From: an uncultured Mycoplasmatota bacterium
Lineage (GTDB): Bacteria > Bacillota_I > Bacilli_A > RF39 > UBA660
Assembly (NCBI GenBank): GCA_947166445.1
Contig: CAMVED010000004.1
Span: 2,617-66,616, forward strand
Direction: 5' to 3'
Length of the DNA: 64,000 nt
Position 1 is the stretch's first letter; every line of letters begins with the position of its first letter. This document shows positions 36,223 to 45,965 of this stretch, piece after piece. A program made the translations under genes and the position numbers. The notes below the pieces were generated by a model. It did no database searches and had not been told where the DNA came from. It saw nothing but the letters and a program-made list of their open reading frames with translations.

Positions 36223-37385
36223 AAAAAATATTATTTTTGTTACTATGTTTAATAATTGCTTTTTATGTAATTCAAAACAATAATGAAGTTTCTAAAAAAG
36301 AAAAAAACGAAGATGTCTTTGAGGAAAAAGGTGTTTTTATTTCTTATATAGATTATGGTATTTTAAAAGGGAAAAATAAACATGAAATGCAATCAATTAT
36401 CTCTGAAATGATAAATAATGTAAGTTATTTTGGACTTAATTCTATAATTTTACAAACTAGTCCTTTTTCGGATGCAATATATCCTTCCAAAGTATATAAA
36501 TCTTCTCATGTAGTTGTTCAAGAAGAAGGAGATCCACTTCCTTTGGATATATTAAAATTTTTTATAGAAAAAGCTAATGAAAAAAACATATCAGTTTATG
36601 CTTGGGTAAATCCTTATAGAATTAGAAATGATAATAATATTGGAGATATTAATAAAGATGCATATTATTATAAATGGATAAATACTGATAATATTGAGAT
36701 AACTGATAATGGTATATTTTTAAATCCTGCATCTGGCGATGTTTTAGATTACATAACTATGGGATTAAAAGAATTGTGTCAAAATTATGATATAAAAGGG
36801 GTAATTTATGATGATTACTACTATCCAAATGATACTATAGATCTTAATACATATAATAAAACAAATAAAAGTAAAAGTTTAAAGCAGTATAGGATAGATA
36901 ATATTAATAAATTAATTAGTTCTAGTTATGATGCGGTAAAAAGTGTTAATAAAAATATAAAATTTGGTCTTTCTCCTGCTGGAAATATAGAAAATAATTT
37001 GGATAAAGAGTATTTAGATATAAAAAGTGTTTTAAAAAGTGATGATATTGATATGATAATTCCGCAGTTATATTATGGCTTTGATAATAAAAACAAACCA
37101 TATATAAGCACCTTAAATGAGTGGAGTGATCTTAATGAAAAAAACAAAAATTTATATGTAGCTCTTTCTTTGTATAAGTCAGGTAAAATTGATATTTATG
37201 CTGGTTCTGGAGAAAATGAATGGCTTGAAAACACTAATATTATAAAAAAGCAAATAGTGATATCTAGAAATGCTAAAAATTATAAAGGGTTTTATATATT
37301 TAGATATGAGTATTTATTTAATATTCATAGTAATCAAAACTTGAACAAAGAAATAGAAAACTTAAGAATTCTAATAAATCAGTAA
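36219..37385 (+). CDS. Glycoside-hydrolase-like family 10 (GHL10/YngK-like, DUF187) secreted or anchored protein
   Basis: 388 aa. N-terminal signal/anchor; VYAWVNPYRI and YDDYYYP motifs as I remember them for YngK-like TIM-barrel proteins. Overlaps the spoIVFB stop by 4 nt. Confidence 0.65.
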   Translation: MKKILFLLLCLIIAFYVIQNNNEVSKKEKNEDVFEEKGVFISYIDYGILKGKNKHEMQSIISEMINNVSYFGLNSIILQTSPFSDAIYPSKVYKSSHVVVQEEGDPLPLDILKFFIEKANEKNISVYAWVNPYRIRNDNNIGDINKDAYYYKWINTDNIEITDNGIFLNPASGDVLDYITMGLKELCQNYDIKGVIYDDYYYPNDTIDLNTYNKTNKSKSLKQYRIDNINKLISSSYDAVKSVNKNIKFGLSPAGNIENNLDKEYLDIKSVLKSDDIDMIIPQLYYGFDNKNKPYISTLNEWSDLNEKNKNLYVALSLYKSGKIDIYAGSGENEWLENTNIIKKQIVISRNAKNYKGFYIFRYEYLFNIHSNQNLNKEIENLRILINQ

Positions 37386-37408
37386 TTTTAATAGTAAAGT
37401 AAAGTGTC

Positions 37409-37440
37409 AAAAGTTAGAAATAATTCTAACTTTTTTAATA
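37409..37440 (+). terminator. Rho-independent terminator
   Basis: AAAAGTTAGAA (37409-37419), loop ATAA, TTCTAACTTTT (37424-37434), then a T-run. Confidence 0.6.
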
Positions 37441-37500
37441 TTCTTTTACATATTGTAATTATTTTTGATATACTATAGATAATAATAAGGGAGTGTTTTT

Positions 37501-39213
37501 ATGAAGAGAAAAATGTTGTTTTTCGTTATGTTTTTGATTTCTTCTTTTATGTTTCTAGATGTTAATGCTTCAGGTAATGTAAAACTTGCTTTGTCTTGTC
37601 CGGCTGCTGCAAAGCCGAATACAACGATAACTTGTAAAGTATATGGAAGTAGGACTGGTAGTGAGATTGATAGTGTTGAACAACTATATCCTACGCTTTC
37701 TGGATCGTTAAAAAAAGCTAGTTATTATGTTGATTATTATGATATTTCAGTTGATTCTCAAAAGAATATAGGTACAATAACAATACAAACAGGTAATGTT
37801 GGGTCCGGATCTATAGAATTGGTGTTTGATAAAATACATTTTGTTGATGGAACTGTTCAGGATAAGGCTAGTATATCTAAGAAAATCGTTGTTAATAGTA
37901 CTGGAACTATTACTAGTCATAATACAGTCGTTAGTGGTGATGCTACAAATAATAACAATAGTAATAATAATGCTACTAACAATAATCAAACAAATACTAA
38001 TGCTGATACTCATCTTAAGGATATTAAACTTTCAAGGGGAATATTAACGCCTTCTTTTTCGAAGAATGTTTATAAGTATTCTGCTAATGTTGATTCTGAT
38101 GTTGCAGAAATATCAATTGATGGAATAAAAAATGATGTTAATCAAGTAATCGAAGGTGAAGTAACTAATCAAGCTTTAAACTATGGAAAAAACACTTTTA
38201 AATTGATTGTTACAAATGGTGCAAGTTCTAAAAGAATTTATGAGGTTGTCATAACTAGGAAAGACAATAGAGATACAAATGCATTTCTTTCTTCTTTATC
38301 TTTGAGTAGTGGTACTATAAACTTTTCAAAATATGTTTATGAATATGAAACAAGAGTGTTGTATGATGTTAATAAATTAAGCATTTTGGCTACACCTGAA
38401 AAAGCAACTTCAACTGTTAAAGTAGAAGGTGAAAAAGATTTAAAAGTCGGAGAAAATATAGTTACTATAACTGTTAAGTCAGAAAAGGGTAATCAGCAAA
38501 AATATAAAATAAAGGTTACTAGGTTAAAAGAAGGGGAACAACTTGGTGATAACGCTAGTATAAAAGATATAATTATTGCGGGTTATAATTTGGGTTTTGA
38601 TTATTCAAAATATGAATATAAATTATTAATAAAAAAAGAAGATAAATTAGATATAAGTGTTGTTATGGATGATTTAAATGCTAGTTATCAGATCGTTGGT
38701 AATGATAATTTGAAAGATGGAAGCATTATTGAGATTATTACAAAGTCTTTTGATGAATCTGCTTCTCAAACATATAATATAGAGATTACTAAACCTAATT
38801 ATACTGCTTATTATTTGATTGCTGGGGTATTAGTGTCGTTAACAATTGTTATTCCAATTTTGTTTTATTTTAAATATGTAAAACCTAAAAAACAATTGGT
38901 GGATATTAATGGTAATAAAATAGATAAAGAAGACATCTTTGATCGCCAATATAGAAAAAAGCTATCTACTTCTGTTCCAACTTCTTCTGTAAAGAATGAT
39001 AGCCAGGGTATAGTTAGTAATGATGCACTGATAAATCAAAGTGTTTCAAATTCTAATTTAGGACATTCTCAATATGCTGTTAATATTGGAGAACTTAATA
39101 ATCAAGATATTGTTTCCGATAATGATGTGGGCAGTGATAAATGTCCAAAGTGTGGTAGGGAACTTTTGGGTAATCCAAGTATCTGTCCTTATTGTAATAC
39201 AAGATTAAGATAA
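37501..39213 (+). CDS. Type-I membrane protein with an N-terminal Ig/cohesin-like module, three cadherin-like beta-sandwich repeats, a TM helix and a cytoplasmic C-terminal zinc ribbon
   Basis: 570 aa. Signal peptide and an Asn-rich linker. There are three repeats of the pattern L(K/S)x(I/L)xLSxGxLxPxFSxxxYxYxxxV (starts THLKDIKLS, AFLSSLSLS, ASIKDIIIA). TM helix YYLIAGVLVSLTIVIPILFYF; tail ends CPKCGRELLGNPSICPYCNTRL. Confidence 0.65.
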   Translation: MKRKMLFFVMFLISSFMFLDVNASGNVKLALSCPAAAKPNTTITCKVYGSRTGSEIDSVEQLYPTLSGSLKKASYYVDYYDISVDSQKNIGTITIQTGNVGSGSIELVFDKIHFVDGTVQDKASISKKIVVNSTGTITSHNTVVSGDATNNNNSNNNATNNNQTNTNADTHLKDIKLSRGILTPSFSKNVYKYSANVDSDVAEISIDGIKNDVNQVIEGEVTNQALNYGKNTFKLIVTNGASSKRIYEVVITRKDNRDTNAFLSSLSLSSGTINFSKYVYEYETRVLYDVNKLSILATPEKATSTVKVEGEKDLKVGENIVTITVKSEKGNQQKYKIKVTRLKEGEQLGDNASIKDIIIAGYNLGFDYSKYEYKLLIKKEDKLDISVVMDDLNASYQIVGNDNLKDGSIIEIITKSFDESASQTYNIEITKPNYTAYYLIAGVLVSLTIVIPILFYFKYVKPKKQLVDINGNKIDKEDIFDRQYRKKLSTSVPTSSVKNDSQGIVSNDALINQSVSNSNLGHSQYAVNIGELNNQDIVSDNDVGSDKCPKCGRELLGNPSICPYCNTRLR

Positions 39214-39272
39214 AAAAGCATAATTGCTTTTTTTATCTTGTAAAATTATGTTAAAATTAATTAGAGGTATTT

Positions 39273-40451
39273 ATGAAGACAGGAGATATTCTAAAAGTAG
39301 AAATTATTGATGATAATCATTTGGGAAATGGTATAGCTAAGATGAATGATATTAGTATTTTTGTTCCTCAAACAGTTAAAGGCGATATTGTTGAAGTACA
39401 AATTGAAAAGATTCATCAAAGTATTGCATTTGCAAAAATGATTAAAGTATTAAAAAAGAGTAATAAACATATAAAAGTTACTTGTCCTTATTATGATAAA
39501 TGTGGTGGTTGTGATTTGTTACATATATCATATGATAGGGAAAAAATTTTGAAAGAAAATTATATAAAAAAATTGTTTAAAGGTTTTGATTTTAAAATCA
39601 TTTCATTTGATAGGGAACATTATAGAAATAAAGTAACATTACATGTTAGTAATAATGATATAGGATTTTACGAAAAAGACTCTAACAAGTTAGTCTCTGT
39701 TCAAAACTGTTTATTATTAGATAAAAGTATTAATGAAATAATTACTATAATAAGTAAGCTAGATTTATCTGAGGTAAGTGAAGTAATAATAAAAAAAGGA
39801 AAAGAAGGTCTTCTTATAAGTGTTGATGGCTATTTAAATGATAATGATTTAGAAAAATTAAAACTTGAAAATGTTAAAAGTATTTATCAAAACGATCAAT
39901 TAATATATGGAAAAGAGTATTTAACAATTAGTTTTGATGATATTGATTATAACTTTAATAATAATTCTTTTTTTCAAATAAATAATGAATGCGCTAAATC
40001 TTTATACGATAAAGTTAAATATTTAGTAGGAAAGTGTGATAGTTTGCTTGATTTATATTGTGGTACTGGCAGTATTGGTATTTATTTGAAAGATAATGCT
40101 AAATCAATTGTGGGTATCGAAATAAATAAGGACTCTGTTAAATGTGCTGAAAAGAATATTGCTGATAACAATATAAAAAACTATAAAATAATAAATGCTG
40201 ATGCTTCTTGTATCGATAAAGATTATGATGTTGTGATAGTTGATCCTCCAAGGAGTGGACTTAGTAAGGATGTAATTAATATTTTAAATGAAATGAAAAC
40301 TAAAAAACTAATATATATATCTTGTAATCCTAGCACTTTAAAAAGAGATATTAGTTTGCTTAATAGTTTTTGTTTAAAAGAAATATCTGTTTTTAATATG
40401 TTTCCAGGCACTAAACATATTGAAACATTATCAGTATTAGAAAAAAAGTGA
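39273..40451 (+). CDS. 23S rRNA (uracil-C5)-methyltransferase, RumA/RlmD/RlmCD family (TRAM domain, 4Fe-4S cluster, SAM methyltransferase)
   Basis: 392 aa. N-terminal TRAM domain, Cys cluster CPYYDKCGGCDLLH, FFQIN, DLYCGTGSIG, DPPRSG, and the catalytic YISCNP. Confidence 0.85.
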   Translation: MKTGDILKVEIIDDNHLGNGIAKMNDISIFVPQTVKGDIVEVQIEKIHQSIAFAKMIKVLKKSNKHIKVTCPYYDKCGGCDLLHISYDREKILKENYIKKLFKGFDFKIISFDREHYRNKVTLHVSNNDIGFYEKDSNKLVSVQNCLLLDKSINEIITIISKLDLSEVSEVIIKKGKEGLLISVDGYLNDNDLEKLKLENVKSIYQNDQLIYGKEYLTISFDDIDYNFNNNSFFQINNECAKSLYDKVKYLVGKCDSLLDLYCGTGSIGIYLKDNAKSIVGIEINKDSVKCAEKNIADNNIKNYKIINADASCIDKDYDVVIVDPPRSGLSKDVINILNEMKTKKLIYISCNPSTLKRDISLLNSFCLKEISVFNMFPGTKHIETLSVLEKK

Positions 40452-40488
40452 AAATAACAAATGTATTGTTTTATGAAAGGAGATAATT

Positions 40489-40956
40489 ATGAATAATAAG
40501 GATGTTATGAAGCTTGCTATTAAAGAAGCAGAAAAGACTATGAACAAGGATATGGGAGGCCCTTTTGGAGCGGCTATAGTAAAAGATGATAAAGTTATTG
40601 CAGTTTCTTCAAATACGGTACTTGCTGATCATGATCCAACTGCTCATGCTGAAATTAATGCAATTAGGAAAGCTGGGGAAAGATTAAAAACGCATGATTT
40701 ATCTGGTTGTAAATTGTATGCTACAGGTTATCCTTGTCCTATGTGTTTATCTGCTATTATATGGGCTAATATAAAGGAAGTTTATTATGGTACAGATTTA
40801 GATGATGCTGAAGAAATAGGATTTAGAGATGATTTTATTTATGAATTTATCAGAAATAGTAATCAAGAAGGCTTTTTAAAGCTTAAGAATATATCAAAGA
40901 AAGAGTGTTTAAAACTATTTGAAGAGTACGAAGAAAAAGAAAAAGAAATATATTAA
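40489..40956 (+). CDS. guaD: CMP/dCMP-type zinc deaminase, best match to guanine deaminase GuaD
   Basis: 155 aa. GGPFGAAIV, DPTAHAEINAIR, PCPMCLSAIIWA and GFRDDFIY are colinear with B. subtilis GuaD as I recall it. A TadA-like role cannot be excluded. Confidence 0.65.
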   Translation: MNNKDVMKLAIKEAEKTMNKDMGGPFGAAIVKDDKVIAVSSNTVLADHDPTAHAEINAIRKAGERLKTHDLSGCKLYATGYPCPMCLSAIIWANIKEVYYGTDLDDAEEIGFRDDFIYEFIRNSNQEGFLKLKNISKKECLKLFEEYEEKEKEIY

Positions 40957-40960
40957 AAAA

Positions 40961-40986
40961 ATAGAGTTTCGTTTATGAAACTCTAT
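40961..40986. terminator. Bidirectional hairpin between convergent genes
   Basis: ATAGAGTTTC (40961-40970), loop GTTTAT, GAAACTCTAT (40977-40986). An A-run lies upstream and T-rich sequence downstream. Confidence 0.55.
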
Positions 40987-41504
40987 TTTATATAACTATC
41001 AAGTAAATATTTTTCACCAGATTCTAATACAACATTAATTAATGATCCATCAATATCTTTTTCTTGCTCTATAGATACAACATTAGTGTAGCCTCCGACA
41101 TTATCTAGTACTTCAATTTTTTTGTCCTTTATTAATGCTTCTGCATTTACTATTGATACAGTGCCATCATTTTTCAAAAAAATGATACTTCTATAGCCAC
41201 CATTACCAAAAGGTAAAATATATATATTTTTAACATTTATGCTAACTGTAAGTTCTTCATTAGGTGTGTTGTTATTGCTAGTTACTACTAATATAACTTT
41301 TCCACTTGACATAAGTTTTACACTATCAATTCCAAGTGGTAATTCGTGTTTTAAATCTTTATCAATATCATTTATTTCTTTTATTACTGTGTCTGTATCT
41401 TTATTATTTTTATTATTAATCTTTGGTGTTTTATTAACGGTTGTGCAACCCGCTAAAAGTATAATAGTAATGATTAAAATTGTTCTTTTTAATAGTTTGT
41501 TCAT
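40983..41504 (-). CDS. Lipoprotein, function unknown
   Basis: 173 aa. Signal peptide with lipobox LLAGC, and an Asn/Lys-rich linker. I recognise no family. Confidence 0.6.
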   Translation of the reverse strand: MNKLLKRTILIITIILLAGCTTVNKTPKINNKNNKDTDTVIKEINDIDKDLKHELPLGIDSVKLMSSGKVILVVTSNNNTPNEELTVSINVKNIYILPFGNGGYRSIIFLKNDGTVSIVNAEALIKDKKIEVLDNVGGYTNVVSIEQEKDIDGSLINVVLESGEKYLLDSYIK

Positions 41505-41618
41505 TGTTTAGCCTCCTCTTAATCATTTTATCACTATTATTTTTATCAAGCAATGAAAAAGATATAGAAAAAGATACTTTAATAATGTATACTATTATTT
41601 AAGAAAGGTGATTTTGAT

Positions 41619-42521
41619 ATGGCAAAATGGGATTTAGAGTATTTAAAATTATGTAAAAAAATTTTAGAAGAAGGTAAAGAGGTTGAGAATAGAACTGGTA
41701 TTAATACTATTAAAATACCAAGTTATAATTTTCATTTTGATTTAGGTGAAGAATTTCCAATTTTAACAACGAAACAATTATTTTTTAAAAATGCTATTAC
41801 TGAAATATTGTGGATATATCAAGCACAAAGTAATGATGTCAGATGGTTACAAGAGAGGGGTAATCATATTTGGGATGAATGGGAAATAGATGAAAACGGC
41901 TTTTGGCATGCTACTCAAAATGTGTTAAATGCAGATGGAAAACTTGAAAAAAAGTTGATAGATAAAGATTTTGGTAAAGAATGGGCTCATACAATTGGAA
42001 CAGCTTATGGTTGGATAGTAAATCGTTATAAAATGATAGATAAGTTAATTGATAAAATAAAGAATAATCCAACAGATAGAAGAATGGTTCTTAGTCTTTG
42101 GCAAGATGAATATCTGGATACTGCAGTTTTACCTTCGTGTGTTTGGAGTAGCGAGTGGGATGTAACTGGTGATACACTAAATTTAATGGTTCATCAAAGA
42201 AGTTGTGATGTGCCACTTGGACTTCCATTTAATGTTACTCAGTATGCTGTTCTTTTATCATTAATAGCACAAGTTACAGGAAAAAAACCGGGAACAATAG
42301 ATTGGTCAATAAAAGATGCTCATATTTATGTTAACCAAGTTGAAGGAATAAAAGAACAAATAAGGCGTGGTGAAGAGCTTGAAGACTTGCCTGCTCCAGA
42401 ACTATGGATAAATCCTGAAATAAATGATTTTTATGATTTTGATAATTCAAGGGAGTTAAAAGATATTAAGATTAGAAATTATAAGCATCATGGAAAAATA
42501 TCTTTTCCAATAGCACAATGA
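41619..42521 (+). CDS. thyA: Thymidylate synthase (ThyA)
   Basis: 300 aa. NRTGI, RRMVLSLW, LPSCV, HQRSCDVPLGLPFN and DAHIYVNQ. It carries an insertion relative to the short E. coli-type enzyme. Confidence 0.95.
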   Translation: MAKWDLEYLKLCKKILEEGKEVENRTGINTIKIPSYNFHFDLGEEFPILTTKQLFFKNAITEILWIYQAQSNDVRWLQERGNHIWDEWEIDENGFWHATQNVLNADGKLEKKLIDKDFGKEWAHTIGTAYGWIVNRYKMIDKLIDKIKNNPTDRRMVLSLWQDEYLDTAVLPSCVWSSEWDVTGDTLNLMVHQRSCDVPLGLPFNVTQYAVLLSLIAQVTGKKPGTIDWSIKDAHIYVNQVEGIKEQIRRGEELEDLPAPELWINPEINDFYDFDNSRELKDIKIRNYKHHGKISFPIAQ

Positions 42522-42982
42522 TAAGTTTAATCGCAGCAGTAGGTAAGAATTTAGAACTTGGTTTAGATAATAAGCTTATTTGGAATATTCCTGAAGATTT
42601 AAAGTATTTTAAACAAATCACTACTGATAAAACTATTGTTATGGGAAGAAAGACTTATGAAAGTATTGGTAAGCCTCTTCCTAATAGAAAAAATATAGTT
42701 TTGTCAAAAAAGAATGTTAAAATTGATGGCGTTTTAGTTGTTAATGATTACAAAGATATATTAGATTTACAAGAAGATATATTCGTAATTGGGGGAGAAT
42801 CTATTTATGAGTTGTTTCTTCCTTTTGCAGATAATATATATTTAACAGAAATTGAAGAAAGTAATGAAGCGGATTCTTATTTTCCAAGTTTTGATAGAGA
42901 ATTGTATAAAAAAGAAATTGTAAAAAGAAGTAATTTTAAAAACACAAACTATTCTTTTGTAATATATAAGAAAATAAAATAA
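42518..42982 (+). CDS. folA: Dihydrofolate reductase
   Basis: 154 aa. ISLIAAVGKN, LIWNIPEDLKYFK, VMGRKTYESIG and IGGESIYE. 4-nt overlap with thyA. Confidence 0.9.
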   Translation: MISLIAAVGKNLELGLDNKLIWNIPEDLKYFKQITTDKTIVMGRKTYESIGKPLPNRKNIVLSKKNVKIDGVLVVNDYKDILDLQEDIFVIGGESIYELFLPFADNIYLTEIEESNEADSYFPSFDRELYKKEIVKRSNFKNTNYSFVIYKKIK

Positions 42983-42997
42983 AATGGGAGTGTTAAT

Positions 42998-44344
42998 ATG
43001 TTTGAAAACAAAAATGTAGTAGTTTTAGGACTTGCAAGAAGTGGTGTTGCTGCTTGTAAGTTCTTAAGAAAAAGAAATTGTAATGTAACCGTAAACGATA
43101 TGAAAAAAGAAGAAAAAAAAGAAGTTTTAGATGAACTAAATAATTTGGGAGTAAAAGTAATACTTGGTTCTCATCCTGATGACTTAATAAATAAAGATGT
43201 CGATTATCTTATTAAAAACCCTGGCGTTCCAATAGATCATAAATATGTATTAAAGGCAAGAGAACTTGGTATACCTGTTATAAACGAAGTAGAAATGGCA
43301 TATTTGTGTTTACCAAAAGATAAAAACATTAAATTAATTGGTATAACTGGAAGCAATGGGAAGACTACTACAACGACTTTAATTTATGAGTTTTTAAAAA
43401 AGGATAATAAAAAAGTAGTCTTGGCAGGTAACATTGGATATCCACTTTCTAATTTTGTGGATGACTTAGAAGAAAACACAATTATTGTTATGGAAACTTC
43501 TTGTCAACAACTTGAAAATTTAGATAAGTTTAATCCAGATGTTGCTGTAATGACTAATATTTCTGAAGCTCATATTGATTTTATGAAAACTTATGAACAT
43601 TATAAATATGTAAAAAGTAAAATGCTTAAAAATCATACTAAAGATAATGTTGCTATTTTAAATAATGAAAACGAAGAATTATTAGATACAGTTAAAAATG
43701 CAAAAAGTACTAAAAAGTATTTTTCTTCTAAACAAAAGATTGATGGTGCATATTTTGATAATAATAAGATTTATTATTATGATGAGGAAATAGTAGATAT
43801 AAAAAATATAAAACTAAGAGGTATTCATAATATTGAAAATATAATGGCTGCGGTAATGGCTGTTAAAGAATTTGGATGTACGACTGAAGCAATAAGGGAA
43901 GTATTAAAAGATTTTAGTGGAGTAGAACATAGACTAGAATATGTTGATAATATTAATGGAAGATTATTTTATAATGATACAGAAGCTACTAATATAAAAT
44001 GTACTCAAATAGCACTTGCATCTTTTACAGAACCTACTATTATACTTCTTGGAGGATTAGAAAGAGGTCAAAACTTTGATGATTTGATTCCTTTTATGAA
44101 AAATGTAAAATCAATAGTTGCAATGGGTGAGTGTAAGCAAAGAGTAAAAGAGTTTGGAGATAAACTTGGTATTCCTACTTATGTTTGCGACTATATAACT
44201 GATGCTACAGAAAAAGCATATGAGGTAAGTAGTGAAGGAGATGTAATATTACTTTCTCCGGGATCTGCATCTTGGGATCAATATAAAGAATGTGAAGTAA
44301 GAGGAAGTCTCTTTAAGGAGGCTGCTAGAAAGTTAAAGAAATGA
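42998..44344 (+). CDS. murD: UDP-N-acetylmuramoyl-L-alanine--D-glutamate ligase
   Basis: 448 aa. GLARSG Rossmann motif, ITGSNGKTTT P-loop, HRLE, and NDTEATN (the usual NDSKATN region). Confidence 0.9.
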   Translation: MFENKNVVVLGLARSGVAACKFLRKRNCNVTVNDMKKEEKKEVLDELNNLGVKVILGSHPDDLINKDVDYLIKNPGVPIDHKYVLKARELGIPVINEVEMAYLCLPKDKNIKLIGITGSNGKTTTTTLIYEFLKKDNKKVVLAGNIGYPLSNFVDDLEENTIIVMETSCQQLENLDKFNPDVAVMTNISEAHIDFMKTYEHYKYVKSKMLKNHTKDNVAILNNENEELLDTVKNAKSTKKYFSSKQKIDGAYFDNNKIYYYDEEIVDIKNIKLRGIHNIENIMAAVMAVKEFGCTTEAIREVLKDFSGVEHRLEYVDNINGRLFYNDTEATNIKCTQIALASFTEPTIILLGGLERGQNFDDLIPFMKNVKSIVAMGECKQRVKEFGDKLGIPTYVCDYITDATEKAYEVSSEGDVILLSPGSASWDQYKECEVRGSLFKEAARKLKK

Positions 44345-44365
44345 CAGAATATCATTTCTTTTTTA
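44336..44365 (+). terminator. Rho-independent terminator after murD
   Basis: AAGAAATGA (44336-44344), loop CAGAATA, TCATTTCTT (44352-44360), then TTTTT. Confidence 0.6.
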
Positions 44366-44449
44366 TATAAACTTATTGATTATAATAGATTAAGTTTTAA
44401 ATCGACATAGTTTTAAATATATATATTTTATATTGTTTTTGGTGATAAT

Positions 44450-45238
44450 ATGAAAGTATATTTAGACTATGTCTTTTTTATTAACTTTTTATTTGATTTC
44501 ATATTATTATTGGGTATTTCTATTGTACTAAAAAGAAATATGTCAAAAATTAGACTTTTTTTTTCTTCTTGTTTCGGAGGATTGGCTGGTTTTTTAATTT
44601 TGTTTGATATATCTTCTTTTTCTTTTTTTGTATTGAAATTATTTTTAGGTTTTTTAATGGTTGTTATTTGCTTTTCTTATAAGAATATCAAATTTACAAT
44701 GAATAATTATGTATATTTAATCATATTATCAATATTACTGGGGGGTTCTTTATATCTTTTAAATATTGAAGTTTCTAAAACAATATTTGGTAATAGTTTA
44801 ATGAATAATACTATTTATATTTTTCTTCTTTTAATTGTAGGATTTATTGTTACAGTAATTTATGCAAAATATATAAATAGATCTAAAAAAGGTAGTGTTA
44901 ATAAATATAAAACTATTATTTATATAAATGATAAACCTATTAACTTAATTGGTTATTTAGATACAGGTAATAATCTAATGTATAAGAACAAACCAGTTTT
45001 AATACTAAATAATGATATTAAATTAGACTTGCAAAATAAGAGAATTATATATATTCCTTTTGCTACCGTATCAGGTTCTGGGGTTATTAAATGTTTTCAA
45101 GTGAAGGATGTTATTATTGATAATAATCATTTTAAAAATATTTATATTGGTATATCAAATGACAAATTTCATTTAGGTGATGCAGATATAATATTAAATA
45201 TAAATTTATGGGAGGGTAATAATGAAGAAATTAATTGA
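44450..45238 (+). CDS. spoIIGA: Sigma-E processing aspartic protease SpoIIGA
   Basis: 262 aa. Five N-terminal TM helices (YLDYVFFINFLFDFILL...) and a C-terminal domain with the catalytic-type LDTGN motif (GYLDTGNNL). It sits directly upstream of, and overlaps, sigE. Confidence 0.8.
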   Translation: MKVYLDYVFFINFLFDFILLLGISIVLKRNMSKIRLFFSSCFGGLAGFLILFDISSFSFFVLKLFLGFLMVVICFSYKNIKFTMNNYVYLIILSILLGGSLYLLNIEVSKTIFGNSLMNNTIYIFLLLIVGFIVTVIYAKYINRSKKGSVNKYKTIIYINDKPINLIGYLDTGNNLMYKNKPVLILNNDIKLDLQNKRIIYIPFATVSGSGVIKCFQVKDVIIDNNHFKNIYIGISNDKFHLGDADIILNINLWEGNNEEIN

Positions 45239-45920
45239 AAAAGTTTTGCTAAGATTAAAAGTATTAAGTGATAATAATGGAGTTTTCTTTGTGGGAGCTA
45301 CAGATATACTTCCACCGCCTTTATCAAAAGAAGAAGAGGATTATTATGTTGAATTAAAAGAATCTGGTGATGAAAATGCTAAGAATAAACTTATTGAACA
45401 TAATCTTAGATTAGTGGTTTTTCTTGCTAAACGATATGAAAATACTGGTGTTGATCTTGAAGATTTAGTTAGTATAGGTTCTATTGGTTTAATAAAGGGT
45501 ATTAATACTTATAAAAGGGGTAAAAATATAAAACTTGCTACTTATTGTTCACGCTGTATTGATAATGAAATACTTATGTATCTTAGAAAGAATAAAAAAA
45601 CAAAAACTGATATTTCTTTTGAAGAATCACTTAGTTTTGATAGTGATGGTAATGAATTACATCTTGAAGATATTCTTGGTACAGATAGCGATATAGTAAC
45701 AAAACCACTTGAGGATGCTTACGATAAACAAGTTCTGAGAGAAGAACTCGAAAAACTTGATTCTAGGGATAAAGAAATAATTGAGCTTAGATATGGACTT
45801 AGTGGAAAGGAAGAACTTACTCAAAAAGAGGTAGCCAAGAAGCTTAATATTAGCCAGTCTTATATATCAAGAATAGAAAAGAAAGTTATAAAAAAACTTA
45901 AAACTATTATAAAGATATAA
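45222..45920 (+). CDS. sigE: Sporulation sigma factor pro-sigma-E
   Basis: 232 aa. Pro-sequence followed by LPPPLSKEEE, IEHNLRLVVFLAKRYENTG, LATYCSRCIDNEILMYLR and ISQSYISRIEKK. Near-colinear with B. subtilis SigE. Adjacency to spoIIGA argues for sigE rather than sigK. Confidence 0.85.
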   Translation: MKKLIEKVLLRLKVLSDNNGVFFVGATDILPPPLSKEEEDYYVELKESGDENAKNKLIEHNLRLVVFLAKRYENTGVDLEDLVSIGSIGLIKGINTYKRGKNIKLATYCSRCIDNEILMYLRKNKKTKTDISFEESLSFDSDGNELHLEDILGTDSDIVTKPLEDAYDKQVLREELEKLDSRDKEIIELRYGLSGKEELTQKEVAKKLNISQSYISRIEKKVIKKLKTIIKI

Positions 45921-45965
45921 CTTTTTTTATTTTTGTATGTTAAAATAATTTTTGAGGTGGGTACT

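Noticed and set aside
37945-38006. Run of AAT/AAC-rich near-repeats (…AATAATAACAATAGTAATAATAATGCTACTAACAATAATCAAACAAATACTAAT…).
   Set aside because: It is in frame within the cadherin-like protein and encodes an Asn-rich linker (NNNNSNNNATNNNQTNTN). This is low-complexity coding sequence, not a tandem-repeat locus or a CRISPR array.
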